The notes: generated from the letters alone by a model not told the origin. Positions 56,646 to 63,138 are shown, numbered from the stretch's first letter. The stretch: DNA of 64,000 nucleotides from Escherichia coli (GCF_048403405.1 NZ_CP183129.1), one strand, 5' to 3'. A program made the numbers and translations.

Positions 56646-57221
56646 TTAAGGATTCATTAAGCAATGTCGCAACCACCAATAAATCCGCTTAAGAACATGA
56701 AAATTGATTACTGGTATAAAGCGCTTACAGTTGTTGGCGCTGCGTTGTTTGTCTTTAATGGAACGTCTTTTTTTGACAGATATCCCGTTGTTCCATTGGG
56801 TTTTTTGTCCTCCGGCATCTTTTTTATTGGTTTGGGGGAGTGGATTAATCACCCTCTCAAAGTGAGATTTATTGGTCCTGGAGTTTGGACTCGTGGATAT
56901 AATCGTTCTTCGTGCGCACTCGGTATCATCTTCGACATACTTGGTTGTTTCCTGATTGTTACAGGAGTCGTCAAGTTCTTCTGATGTAAAACCGCAAATG
57001 GGGCACGTAACGGGAATTTTGAAAAGCGTTTCTCCGGGTTCCAGAACAAAATTTTCTGCGGTCTGATTTTGCTTCTCATATTTGTGCTCCGCGTCATTGT
57101 GAGAGCACATTCTTATTCTGAGTGCCTGTTTAAACTCACTGAAGCTGAGAGCTTCTTCGCCTTCGGCAAGGCCTTCGAAGTATTCTTCGTAAGCCTTTTC
57201 CATGATTGTGTCGAAATCCAT
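56646..57221 (-). CDS. ydfB: YdfB-like acidic protein, extended form (C-terminal half doubtful)
   Basis: The ATG at 57221, directly after the ydfA stop, gives MDFDTIMEKAYEEYFEGLAEGEEALSFSEFKQAL, which is the recalled YdfB N-terminus. The reading frame stays open for 191 aa, but the part 3-prime of about 56984 is fully antisense to a hydrophobic ORF. Confidence 0.55.
   Translation of the reverse strand: MDFDTIMEKAYEEYFEGLAEGEEALSFSEFKQALRIRMCSHNDAEHKYEKQNQTAENFVLEPGETLFKIPVTCPICGFTSEELDDSCNNQETTKYVEDDTECARRTIISTSPNSRTNKSHFERVINPLPQTNKKDAGGQKTQWNNGISVKKRRSIKDKQRSANNCKRFIPVINFHVLKRIYWWLRHCLMNP
56664..56984 (+). CDS. Candidate 3-TM small membrane protein, antisense within the dicB operon
   Basis: 106-aa ORF with three clear hydrophobic spans (ALTVVGAALFVF, VVPLGFLSSGIFFIGLG, ALGIIFDILGCFLIVTGVV). 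aagga lies 12 nt upstream of the ATG. Confidence 0.45.
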   Translation: MSQPPINPLKNMKIDYWYKALTVVGAALFVFNGTSFFDRYPVVPLGFLSSGIFFIGLGEWINHPLKVRFIGPGVWTRGYNRSSCALGIIFDILGCFLIVTGVVKFF

Positions 57222-57222
57222 A

Positions 57223-57378
57223 TCACTCACCTGAGTTTCTTTCCAGCCAGCGACGGGCACCATTTTCGGTTTTAAACGTTTTGCTTTTGGTATACGTCAT
57301 CGCGGTGAACGTGCCGTCCTGGTTGGGGAACACGCCACATACCAGAGATTCGCTGTTGCCAAGATCGATAGTATCCAT
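57223..57378 (-). CDS. ydfA: Small prophage protein YdfA
   Basis: The ATG at 57378 gives 51 aa, MDTIDLGNSESLVCGVFPNQDGTFTAMTYTKSKTFKTENGARRWLERNSGE. Confidence 0.88.
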   Translation of the reverse strand: MDTIDLGNSESLVCGVFPNQDGTFTAMTYTKSKTFKTENGARRWLERNSGE

Positions 57379-57458
57379 GCTGACCTCATTTCCCCTTAAC
57401 GCCGGGGTCGCGGAACTGTTTGCTGAGAACACCGTGCGGTGTCTTGATGGAAAGTAAT

Positions 57459-57473
57459 TTAGAATAACCTAAC
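57459..57473. promoter_or_regulatory. Operator-like inverted repeat (ttagaataacctaac) in the dicA-ydfA spacer
   Basis: GTTAG/CTAA half-sites shared with three other sites in the immunity region. Confidence 0.5.
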
Positions 57474-57491
57474 ATGAGAGGCAAGTGTTTT

Positions 57492-57511
57492 TTGTTAGAT
57501 TGATCTAACAA
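57492..57511. promoter_or_regulatory. Operator palindrome ttgttagat-tg-atctaacaa (dicB-operon operator candidate)
   Basis: 9-bp arms, near-perfect, between the repressor gene and ydfA. Confidence 0.6.
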
Positions 57512-57546
57512 AAAGAGTGGGCGCAACTAATCACTTGAAAAGAATG

Positions 57547-57954
57547 TTATTTTATTGATTTATTTTTACGCGCTTTAAGCATTTCTTCGAAGAGTTTGTT
57601 GAAGTTTTCTACTCTTGCGCGCATTTCAGACAGCAAGGCTTCCTGCTCGGAAGATGGAAGAGCATCGAATAATTCGATCAATTCTTTGTGGTTGGGAGTT
57701 AGCTCTGTTTCCACATGAAGTTCTTGTGCAGGCACTGGTGCCTTGTCTTCGTCACCAAACATTAGCCATGTAGGTGAGCACTTCAGAGCATCCGCTAAAG
57801 CAAACAATCGTTTTCCGACTGGCTGGGTTTCGTCTCTTTCCCATTGTGAAATTGTGACGTGAGCAACTCCAGCGAGGCGCGCAGCTTCTCGTTGTGTTAA
57901 GCGTAATTCTTTTCGTCGCGCCAGAACTCGCTGGCCTAGGGTTCTTGTATCCAT
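57547..57954 (-). CDS. dicA: XRE/cI-type prophage repressor (DicA homolog)
   Basis: 135 aa. HTH is LTQREAARLAGVAHVTISQWERDETQP. The C-terminal half (SEMRARVENFNKLFEEMLKARK) resembles recalled DicA. Confidence 0.88.
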   Translation of the reverse strand: MDTRTLGQRVLARRKELRLTQREAARLAGVAHVTISQWERDETQPVGKRLFALADALKCSPTWLMFGDEDKAPVPAQELHVETELTPNHKELIELFDALPSSEQEALLSEMRARVENFNKLFEEMLKARKNKSIK

Positions 57955-57955
57955 A

Positions 57956-57971
57956 GTTAGGTAATTCTAAT
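57956..57971. promoter_or_regulatory. Operator-like repeat gttaggtaattctaat
   Basis: In the divergent dicA/dicC intergenic region, with the same half-sites. Confidence 0.5.
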
Positions 57972-57976
57972 TTTTC

Positions 57977-58006
57977 TTGACTTAGGTATCCCGCGCACAA
58001 TAATGT
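57977..58006 (+). promoter_or_regulatory. Candidate rightward early promoter (TTGACT-18-TAATGT)
   Basis: -35 ttgact at 57977-57982 and -10 taatgt at 58001-58006. Overlapped by the operator at 58005-58020. Confidence 0.5.
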
Positions 58007-58020
58007 TAGAAAAGTCTAAC
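58005..58020. promoter_or_regulatory. Operator palindrome gttagaaaagtctaac
   Basis: GTTAG-N6-CTAAC perfect half-sites overlapping the -10 of the rightward promoter. Confidence 0.6.
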
Positions 58021-58034
58021 AAGAGGGGGCTTTG

Positions 58035-58262
58035 ATGCTTAAAGTTGACGCAATTACTTTTTTTGGCAGCAAAACAAAGCTTGCCAATGCCGCAGGAGTG
58101 AGACTGGCAAGTGTTGCTGCTTGGGGGATACTGGTTCCTGAAGGTCGCGCGATGCGTCTACAGGAGGCATCTGGCGGGGAGCTTCAGTATGATCCCAAAG
58201 TTTATGACGAATATCGTAAGACGAAGCGGGCGGGGCGGTTGAACAATGAAAATCACTCCTGA
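58035..58262 (+). CDS. dicC: Cro-like regulator DicC
   Basis: 75 aa from the ATG at 58035 (the ORF track begins at a TTG at 58032). The C-terminus EGRAMRLQEASGGELQYDPKVYDEYRKTKRAGRLNNENHS matches recalled DicC. Confidence 0.85.
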   Translation: MLKVDAITFFGSKTKLANAAGVRLASVAAWGILVPEGRAMRLQEASGGELQYDPKVYDEYRKTKRAGRLNNENHS

Positions 58263-58767
58263 ACAGGCTCGTGAGGCTCTGGATGCCTGGATATGTCGAC
58301 CAGGAATGACACAGGAGCAGGCGACGATATTAATCACTGAAGCATTCTGGGCTTTGAAAGAGCGCCCGAACATCGATGTTCAGCGTGTCACATATGAAGG
58401 TGGCGCGGTTGATCAGCGAGCGCTTAGCGTTAATCGAGTGAAGATATTCGAACGCTGGAAGGCTATCGACACCAGGGATAAGCGTGAAAAGTTCACAGCG
58501 CTAGTGCCTGCAATTATGGAGGCTATCCGGATTAGTGATTTCAGGTTGTATCGTGAGATCAGTGATGGAAAAAGTATTACGTACATGATCGCCGGGTTAA
58601 ATAAAGAATATGGCGATGTGGTGGAATCCGGACTGCTTTTTGCAGATCCTGCCGTTGTAGATCGTGAAACTGACGAACTTATAGAAAAAGCAATTGCTTT
58701 CAAGCTTGCGTATCGACAGCAATACCAACAAAAAGCTGGATGGAATTATGAGTCTTCTTTTTGCTGA
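58246..58767 (+). CDS. YdaT-family (CII-position) phage regulatory protein
   Basis: 173 aa. The start overlaps the dicC end. The segment KREKFTALVPAIMEAI resembles recalled Rac YdaT (QREKIQKLIPAILAIL). The functional call is tentative. Confidence 0.6.
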   Translation: MKITPEQAREALDAWICRPGMTQEQATILITEAFWALKERPNIDVQRVTYEGGAVDQRALSVNRVKIFERWKAIDTRDKREKFTALVPAIMEAIRISDFRLYREISDGKSITYMIAGLNKEYGDVVESGLLFADPAVVDRETDELIEKAIAFKLAYRQQYQQKAGWNYESSFC

Positions 58768-59713
58768 ACGCCCACTGGTTATAAACACGCAGCTGGCAAT
58801 GAAAATCGGCTTAAACGAAGCCATTGTTTTGCAACAACTGCACTACTGGTTGAGAGATACCAACTCCGGTATGGAATGTGATGGTGTTCGCTGGATTTAT
58901 AACACAACGGAACAATGGCTGGAACAGTTCCCATTCTGGTCAGAGTCAACGTTAAAGCGCGCGTTTGCAAGTCTGAAAACGCTGGGGCTTTTGCGTTGTG
59001 AAAAGCTCAATAAATCAAAGCGCGATATGACCAATTTCTACACGATCAACTATGGGAGCGAGCTTTTAGATGGTGGCAAATTGAACGAATCCATCGGTTC
59101 AAAATGCGCCGCTCCATCAGGTCAAAATGACACGATGGAAGAGGTCAAAATGAAACGCTCCATTGGTTCAAAACGACCCAATGTCATCGGGTCAAAATGG
59201 CCTGATGATCTTACAGAGAATACAACAGAGATTACTACAGAGAATAAAAACACTTTTCGTCCGGAAGCTTCGCAACCGGACCCGCAGACGACTGAACAGG
59301 ATTTTTTAACCCGGAACCCCGACGCGGTTGTGTTTAGTGTGAAAAAACGCCAGTGGGGTAGCAGGGAGGATTTGGCGTGTGCGCAGTGGATTTGGGGGCG
59401 GATCGTGAACCTTTACGAACAGGCTGCCAGCGACGATGGAGAGATCATGCGACCAAAAGAGCCTAACTGGACAGCCTGGGCCAATGACGTGCGCACAATG
59501 CGGATGCTGGATGGCAGAAGCCACAGACAAATTTGCGAAATGTTTGGTCGGGTACAGCGGGATCCATTCTGGGTAAAAAACATCATGAGCCCGTCAAAAC
59601 TCCGCGAAAAATGGGACGAACTGGTCATCCGCCTGGGACGTTCACCTGTACAGCGTTGTGTTAATCATATTTCTGAACCGGATACAGAAATTCCGCCTGG
59701 TTTCAGGGGATAA
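58748..59713 (+). CDS. Replication initiator / replisome-organizer (lambda O-position) protein
   Basis: The ATG at 58748 (MSLLFAERPLVINTQLAMKIGLNEAIVLQQLHYWL) gives 321 aa. Has a winged-helix-like N-terminus and contains an iteron array in its middle, as lambda O does. Confidence 0.7.
   Translation: MSLLFAERPLVINTQLAMKIGLNEAIVLQQLHYWLRDTNSGMECDGVRWIYNTTEQWLEQFPFWSESTLKRAFASLKTLGLLRCEKLNKSKRDMTNFYTINYGSELLDGGKLNESIGSKCAAPSGQNDTMEEVKMKRSIGSKRPNVIGSKWPDDLTENTTEITTENKNTFRPEASQPDPQTTEQDFLTRNPDAVVFSVKKRQWGSREDLACAQWIWGRIVNLYEQAASDDGEIMRPKEPNWTAWANDVRTMRMLDGRSHRQICEMFGRVQRDPFWVKNIMSPSKLREKWDELVIRLGRSPVQRCVNHISEPDTEIPPGFRG
59090..59199 (+). repeat. Five direct iterons (consensus tCCATCgGtTCAAAATG) at 23-bp spacing: candidate prophage ori
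   Basis: Copies at 59090, 59113, 59136, 59159 and 59183. Each encodes an (S)IGSK-like peptide repeat. Confidence 0.75.
59211..59250 (+). repeat. A/T-rich tract with three ACAGAGA repeats at 12-bp spacing, adjacent to the iterons
   Basis: acagaga at 59213, 59225 and 59237, followed by ataaaaaca. Analogous in position to the lambda ori AT-rich unwinding region. Confidence 0.55.
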
Positions 59714-59753
59714 GTGTTGATTTCAGGTCATGAGATAATTTTAAGGGGGACTT

Positions 59754-60155
59754 GTGGCAAAAGTTTTTACACAAGAAGAGCGGGAAAAAATTAAAGGGCA
59801 GGTTGTTGAACTCGTACGCCGGAGTGGGCGTGAGACGTTACGGCAACTGGAAGTCAAGACAGGTGCGACAAGATATCTGATGAGCGTTCTCGCAAGAGAG
59901 CTGGTTGCCAGCGGCGATGTATACAACTCTGGTTACGGGTTATTCCCGTCTGAACAGGCGCGTAAGGACTGGCAAAATGCCCGTAAAAAGCTCTCAAGGG
60001 CAAAGCTGAAGAAACCATCTGCGGTTGATCCGGACCTTATCTGGTCATTACCTGACGGAGAAATACGTCGCTACGACAGGCGTCAGAACATAATCTGCCG
60101 CGAGTGCCGGAAGAGTGAAGTTATGCAGCGCATACTGGCATTTTATCAGGGATAA
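59754..60155 (+). CDS. Hypothetical phage protein (possible winged-helix; lambda P-position)
   Basis: 133 aa with a GTG start preceded by aaggggga. No recognisable helicase-loader motifs. Confidence 0.6.
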   Translation: MAKVFTQEEREKIKGQVVELVRRSGRETLRQLEVKTGATRYLMSVLARELVASGDVYNSGYGLFPSEQARKDWQNARKKLSRAKLKKPSAVDPDLIWSLPDGEIRRYDRRQNIICRECRKSEVMQRILAFYQG

Positions 60156-60636
60156 TGTTAGGTATTTTAGACGTTACTAGATTAAAAAGCATTAGTTCAG
60201 GAGTGAATTGACATTCTCATTTTTCATGGCACAGGGTAGATCTGGCGTGGTTGTCCGCTTTGTGCCAACAGCGGACGTTACTAACGAAACTGTGAGTTAA
60301 AAACGGGAGCTGGTCACCTCCATCCCGCGAAATGGAATTCAAAAATGCCCTCATGTACGGTACTTCTAGTCTGATGTGAGCATTTTCGTGGATTTTTTCG
60401 AGCCACTCCAACGAATGATTACATTCAGTTTCGGGCACTAAAACGTCATAAATCCGCAAGTTGAGGAGTAGCGATCAGCCAATTGGTTAAAAAACAGCTT
60501 TAATTCCCTTTTTCAAGCAGGCTCCTTGTCGCACGTCTGGTGCATCCAATTCATTTCAGTTACCCTGATGCCATACTGGCACGGACTAGCTCTCTTAATT
60601 GGCGCTGGTTTGTTAACCTTGTCCGCTGTCGGGTCT

Positions 60637-60664
60637 TTGTAAGTTGTAATTCCTAAACTAGCAT
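60637..60664 (+). promoter_or_regulatory. Candidate promoter for the RSH gene (TTGTAA-16-TAGCAT)
   Basis: Read by eye. aagg lies 9 nt upstream of the ATG at 60689. Confidence 0.3.
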
Positions 60665-60688
60665 AATTTTATTATAAGGCCTCTTACT

Positions 60689-61714
60689 ATGCACATTTTA
60701 TCTGTTTCAAAAAAGGAAGTTGGAAGAGCTGGGGATAGATTAGTTTCTCAGTTTGGTACAGGTGAAAAATATAAAGAGGAAGATGTACAAATTCTTCATG
60801 AGTGGAGGATGTTGCATTTATATCCTTTAAGTAAAATACAATTTTATATGGAAAGAGAGGCTATTTCCTTAAACAAAAATGCGTTACTATCCTCTAGAAT
60901 TAAGAGGATGCCTTCCATTGTTACTAAGCTTTCTAGATTTCCTGATATGAAGTTAAATAAGATGCAGGATCTTGGTGGGTGCCGGGCTATTTTAAATAAT
61001 CTGGATCAAGTGTATGATTTAGTTAATAAAATAAAATCATCTAAATTCTCACATGAACTAGTTAGAATGGATGATTACATGATAGACGTGAAAGATTCTG
61101 GTTATAGAAGCTTTCATATGGTCTATTCATTCCAAAATAAAAAATTTCCATCTTTAAATGGGTTGCGCATTGAAATGCAAATAAGAACAGCTATTCAACA
61201 TAGCTGGGCTACAGCAGTTGAAATGGTTGGTTTGTTTCGAAAGGAATCATTGAAATCTGGTTTTGGTGATGCAAGATGGCTTAGGTTTTTTGAATTGGTA
61301 TCAGAGCTTTTTTATAAACTTGAGTATGAAAAAGAACCATCTGGGAGTTATATAAAAATATCAGAAGAATTAAGTTATTTATCCGTCGAGTTGAATGTTT
61401 TCGATATATTAGCTGCTTACAATGCCGTAGTTAGCCATATTGAGGGTAGCAAAAAATATGATAAAGGACTTTGCATAATTGTTGTTGATACCATAAAGCG
61501 GAATATAAATATAAAGAGCTTCGAAAATCACAATCATGCGAAGGCGGCAGAAGCTTATGTCGAGTCTGAAAAATACTGCGCGGAAAATAAAGGCTGTGAA
61601 GTGGCTATGGTTTCTGTTAGTTCAATTAGTGAATTAAAAAATGCATATCCTGCTTACTTTTTAGATACGAAAACTTTTTTAAATTATCTCAGTAGGTATG
61701 TTTTTATAAAATAA
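60689..61714 (+). CDS. RelA/SpoT-homolog synthetase-domain protein: toxSAS / CapRel-like fused toxin-antitoxin candidate
   Basis: 341 aa. Motifs in canonical order are R70-I-K-R-M-P-S-I-V-T-K80 (RxKxxxSxxxK), D94-L-G-G-C-R99 (DxxGxR), G138-Y-R-S-F-H143 (GYRSxH) and E162-M-Q-I-R-T-A-I-Q-H-S-W-A174 (ExQxRTxxxHxWA). The C-terminal residues from about 216 to 341 have no motif I recognise. The gene is strongly AT-rich relative to its flanks and has no adjacent partner ORF. Confidence 0.85.
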   Translation: MHILSVSKKEVGRAGDRLVSQFGTGEKYKEEDVQILHEWRMLHLYPLSKIQFYMEREAISLNKNALLSSRIKRMPSIVTKLSRFPDMKLNKMQDLGGCRAILNNLDQVYDLVNKIKSSKFSHELVRMDDYMIDVKDSGYRSFHMVYSFQNKKFPSLNGLRIEMQIRTAIQHSWATAVEMVGLFRKESLKSGFGDARWLRFFELVSELFYKLEYEKEPSGSYIKISEELSYLSVELNVFDILAAYNAVVSHIEGSKKYDKGLCIIVVDTIKRNINIKSFENHNHAKAAEAYVESEKYCAENKGCEVAMVSVSSISELKNAYPAYFLDTKTFLNYLSRYVFIK

Positions 61715-62147
61715 AAAATGTTATCTGGAGTGGTCTGAATTCTACTAACTTAGTTTTTTCAGACCGCTTCTGACCACAATGGCCTGTGAGGTTCTGCTGC
61801 TAGTCAACATAAAATAACAAAGCCGGCAGGTGGTGGTTGTTGTAAAGTTATTCAATGACATTCATGGAGGCTTAAGCGAATTATTTGTCCCTGGTCGGTA
61901 TGGTGGCAACAGCTTGTTGCGAGAATTTGGCTAATTTGGACTGACTTCCGCTCCTTGCTCAAAGCGGACTAGAAGGTTAGCTTGTGTCGGACTTTGCGTA
62001 TTAAAAGAAGTGCTGGTGGTGACTAGTGGTTGAGCCCCATTTCCACAGAAAAAATCAGAGAAACTATACCCAATAGTTGTATTGAATCACTGACGAGACA
62101 GCCTCATATTCATCAGGACTGGTGTACGTCCAATACAGGAGGTTGTG

Positions 62148-62237
62148 GTGCTGGTTCTCAAATGTGCGCTGGCTATTACGGCTGTAATGGCGATTTATTG
62201 TCTTGCTATTGTTCTTATGGATCGCCTTTCTGACTGA
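62148..62237 (+). CDS. Candidate 29-aa hydrophobic peptide (type I toxin-like)
   Basis: AGGAGG at 62137-62142, a 5-nt spacer, then a GTG at 62148. The product is MLVLKCALAITAVMAIYCLAIVLMDRLSD then stop. Not in the ORF track because it is under 60 aa. Confidence 0.4.
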   Translation: MLVLKCALAITAVMAIYCLAIVLMDRLSD

Positions 62238-62277
62238 TTTCATATTGGCGAGGTAAAGGTAGTTAAGTAGAATGGCT

Positions 62278-62291
62278 GCGGGTGCTTGAGG
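62278..62291 (+). promoter_or_regulatory. hok mRNA 5-prime element (tac-like) complementary to the 3-prime fbi-like element
   Basis: gcgggtgcttgagg pairs with cctcaacgcacccgc at 62654-62668, with one bulge. Confidence 0.6.
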
Positions 62292-62334
62292 CTATCTGCC
62301 TCGGGCATGAACACCAAAGGCAGATAGAGAAAAG

Positions 62335-62400
62335 CCCCAGTTAACATTACGCGTCCTGCAAGACGCTTAACATTAATCTGAGGCCAATTTCATGCTAGAC
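62335..62400 (-). ncRNA. sokD: Putative Sok-type antisense RNA
   Basis: A minus-strand promoter-like TTGCCT (62435-62430), 17-nt spacer, TAACCT (62412-62407) would start an antisense transcript across the hok leader. The extent is a guess. Confidence 0.3.
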
Positions 62401-62448
62401 ACATGTAGGTTAGCCTCTTACGTGCCGGAAGGCAAGGAGAAGCAGGCT

Positions 62449-62604
62449 ATGAAGCAGCAAAAGGCGATGTTAATCGCCCTGATCGTCATCTGTTTAACCG
62501 TCATAGTGACGGCACTGGTAACGAGGAAAGACCTCTGCGAGGTACGAATCCGAACCGGCCAGACGGAGGTCGCTGTCTTCACAGCTTACGAACCTGAGGA
62601 GTAA
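62449..62604 (+). CDS. hokD: Hok-family type I toxin (HokD/RelF)
   Basis: The ATG at 62449 gives 51 aa, MKQQKAMLIALIVICLTVIVTALVTRKDLCEVRIRTGQTEVAVFTAYEPEE, which matches recalled HokD. The ORF track shows an in-frame upstream ATG at 62392 (70 aa). Confidence 0.9.
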   Translation: MKQQKAMLIALIVICLTVIVTALVTRKDLCEVRIRTGQTEVAVFTAYEPEE

Positions 62605-62653
62605 GAGACCCGGCGAGGGAGAAATCCCTCGCCACCTCTGATGTGGCAGGCAT

Positions 62654-62668
62654 CCTCAACGCACCCGC
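62654..62668 (+). promoter_or_regulatory. hok mRNA 3-prime fold-back (fbi-like) element
   Basis: Complementary to 62278-62291. Confidence 0.6.
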
Positions 62669-62673
62669 ACTTA

Positions 62674-62699
62674 ACCCGCTTCGGCGGGTTTTTGTTTTT
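62674..62699 (+). terminator. Rho-independent terminator of hok mRNA
   Basis: Stem acccgc, loop ttcg, stem gcgggt, followed by ttttgttttt. Confidence 0.85.
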
Positions 62700-62820
62700 A
62701 TTTTCAACGCGTTTGAAGTTCTGGACGGTGCCGGAATAGAATCAAAAATACTTAAGTAGCGCGCAGGGATAAGAGGGATGGTCCCTTAAAGGGGAGAGCT
62801 AATTATCCGGAAGAATTCTG

Positions 62821-63072
62821 ATGATGAACATCGAAGAACTGCGTAAAATTTTTTGTGAAGATGGCCTCTATGCTGTGTGCGTTGAAAATGGAAATCTTGT
62901 TAGTCATTACCGCATTATGTGTTTGCGAAAGAATGGGGCTGCGTTAATTAATTTTGTGGATGGTCGAGTGACAGACGGATTTATCTTGCGCGAAGGTGAG
63001 TTTGTCACTTCATTACAGGCACTGAAAGAGATCGGAATAAAAGCAGGCTTTTCAGCTTTTGCAGAAGAATAA
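62821..63072 (+). CDS. rem: Qin prophage protein Rem
   Basis: 83 aa starting MMNIEELRKIFCEDGLYAVCVENG. Matches recalled Rem, downstream of hokD as in K-12. Confidence 0.85.
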   Translation: MMNIEELRKIFCEDGLYAVCVENGNLVSHYRIMCLRKNGAALINFVDGRVTDGFILREGEFVTSLQALKEIGIKAGFSAFAEE

Positions 63073-63138
63073 ACTCATCTACAATCTTGCGCGGGGCTGA
63101 ACTCCCGCTGAGTAACACCGTGCCACCGGAGAAAACCG

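Noticed and set aside
60217-60459. 80-aa minus-strand ORF at the left edge of the cargo slot.
   Set aside because: It has a TTG start, no Shine-Dalgarno and no recognisable motif. It is probably a remnant of a displaced gene. It is mentioned under the cargo-slot finding but not called as a gene.
61715-61790. Imperfect hairpin (ggtctgaa ... ttcagacc) just after the RSH stop, considered as its terminator.
   Set aside because: The loop is about 18 nt and there is no U-tract after the stem, so I cannot support a rho-independent terminator.
62392-62448. In-frame upstream ATG extending hok to 70 aa, possibly corresponding to mok.
   Set aside because: I am not certain whether mok is in frame or out of frame with hok in this subfamily. 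Only the 51-aa Hok ORF is called.
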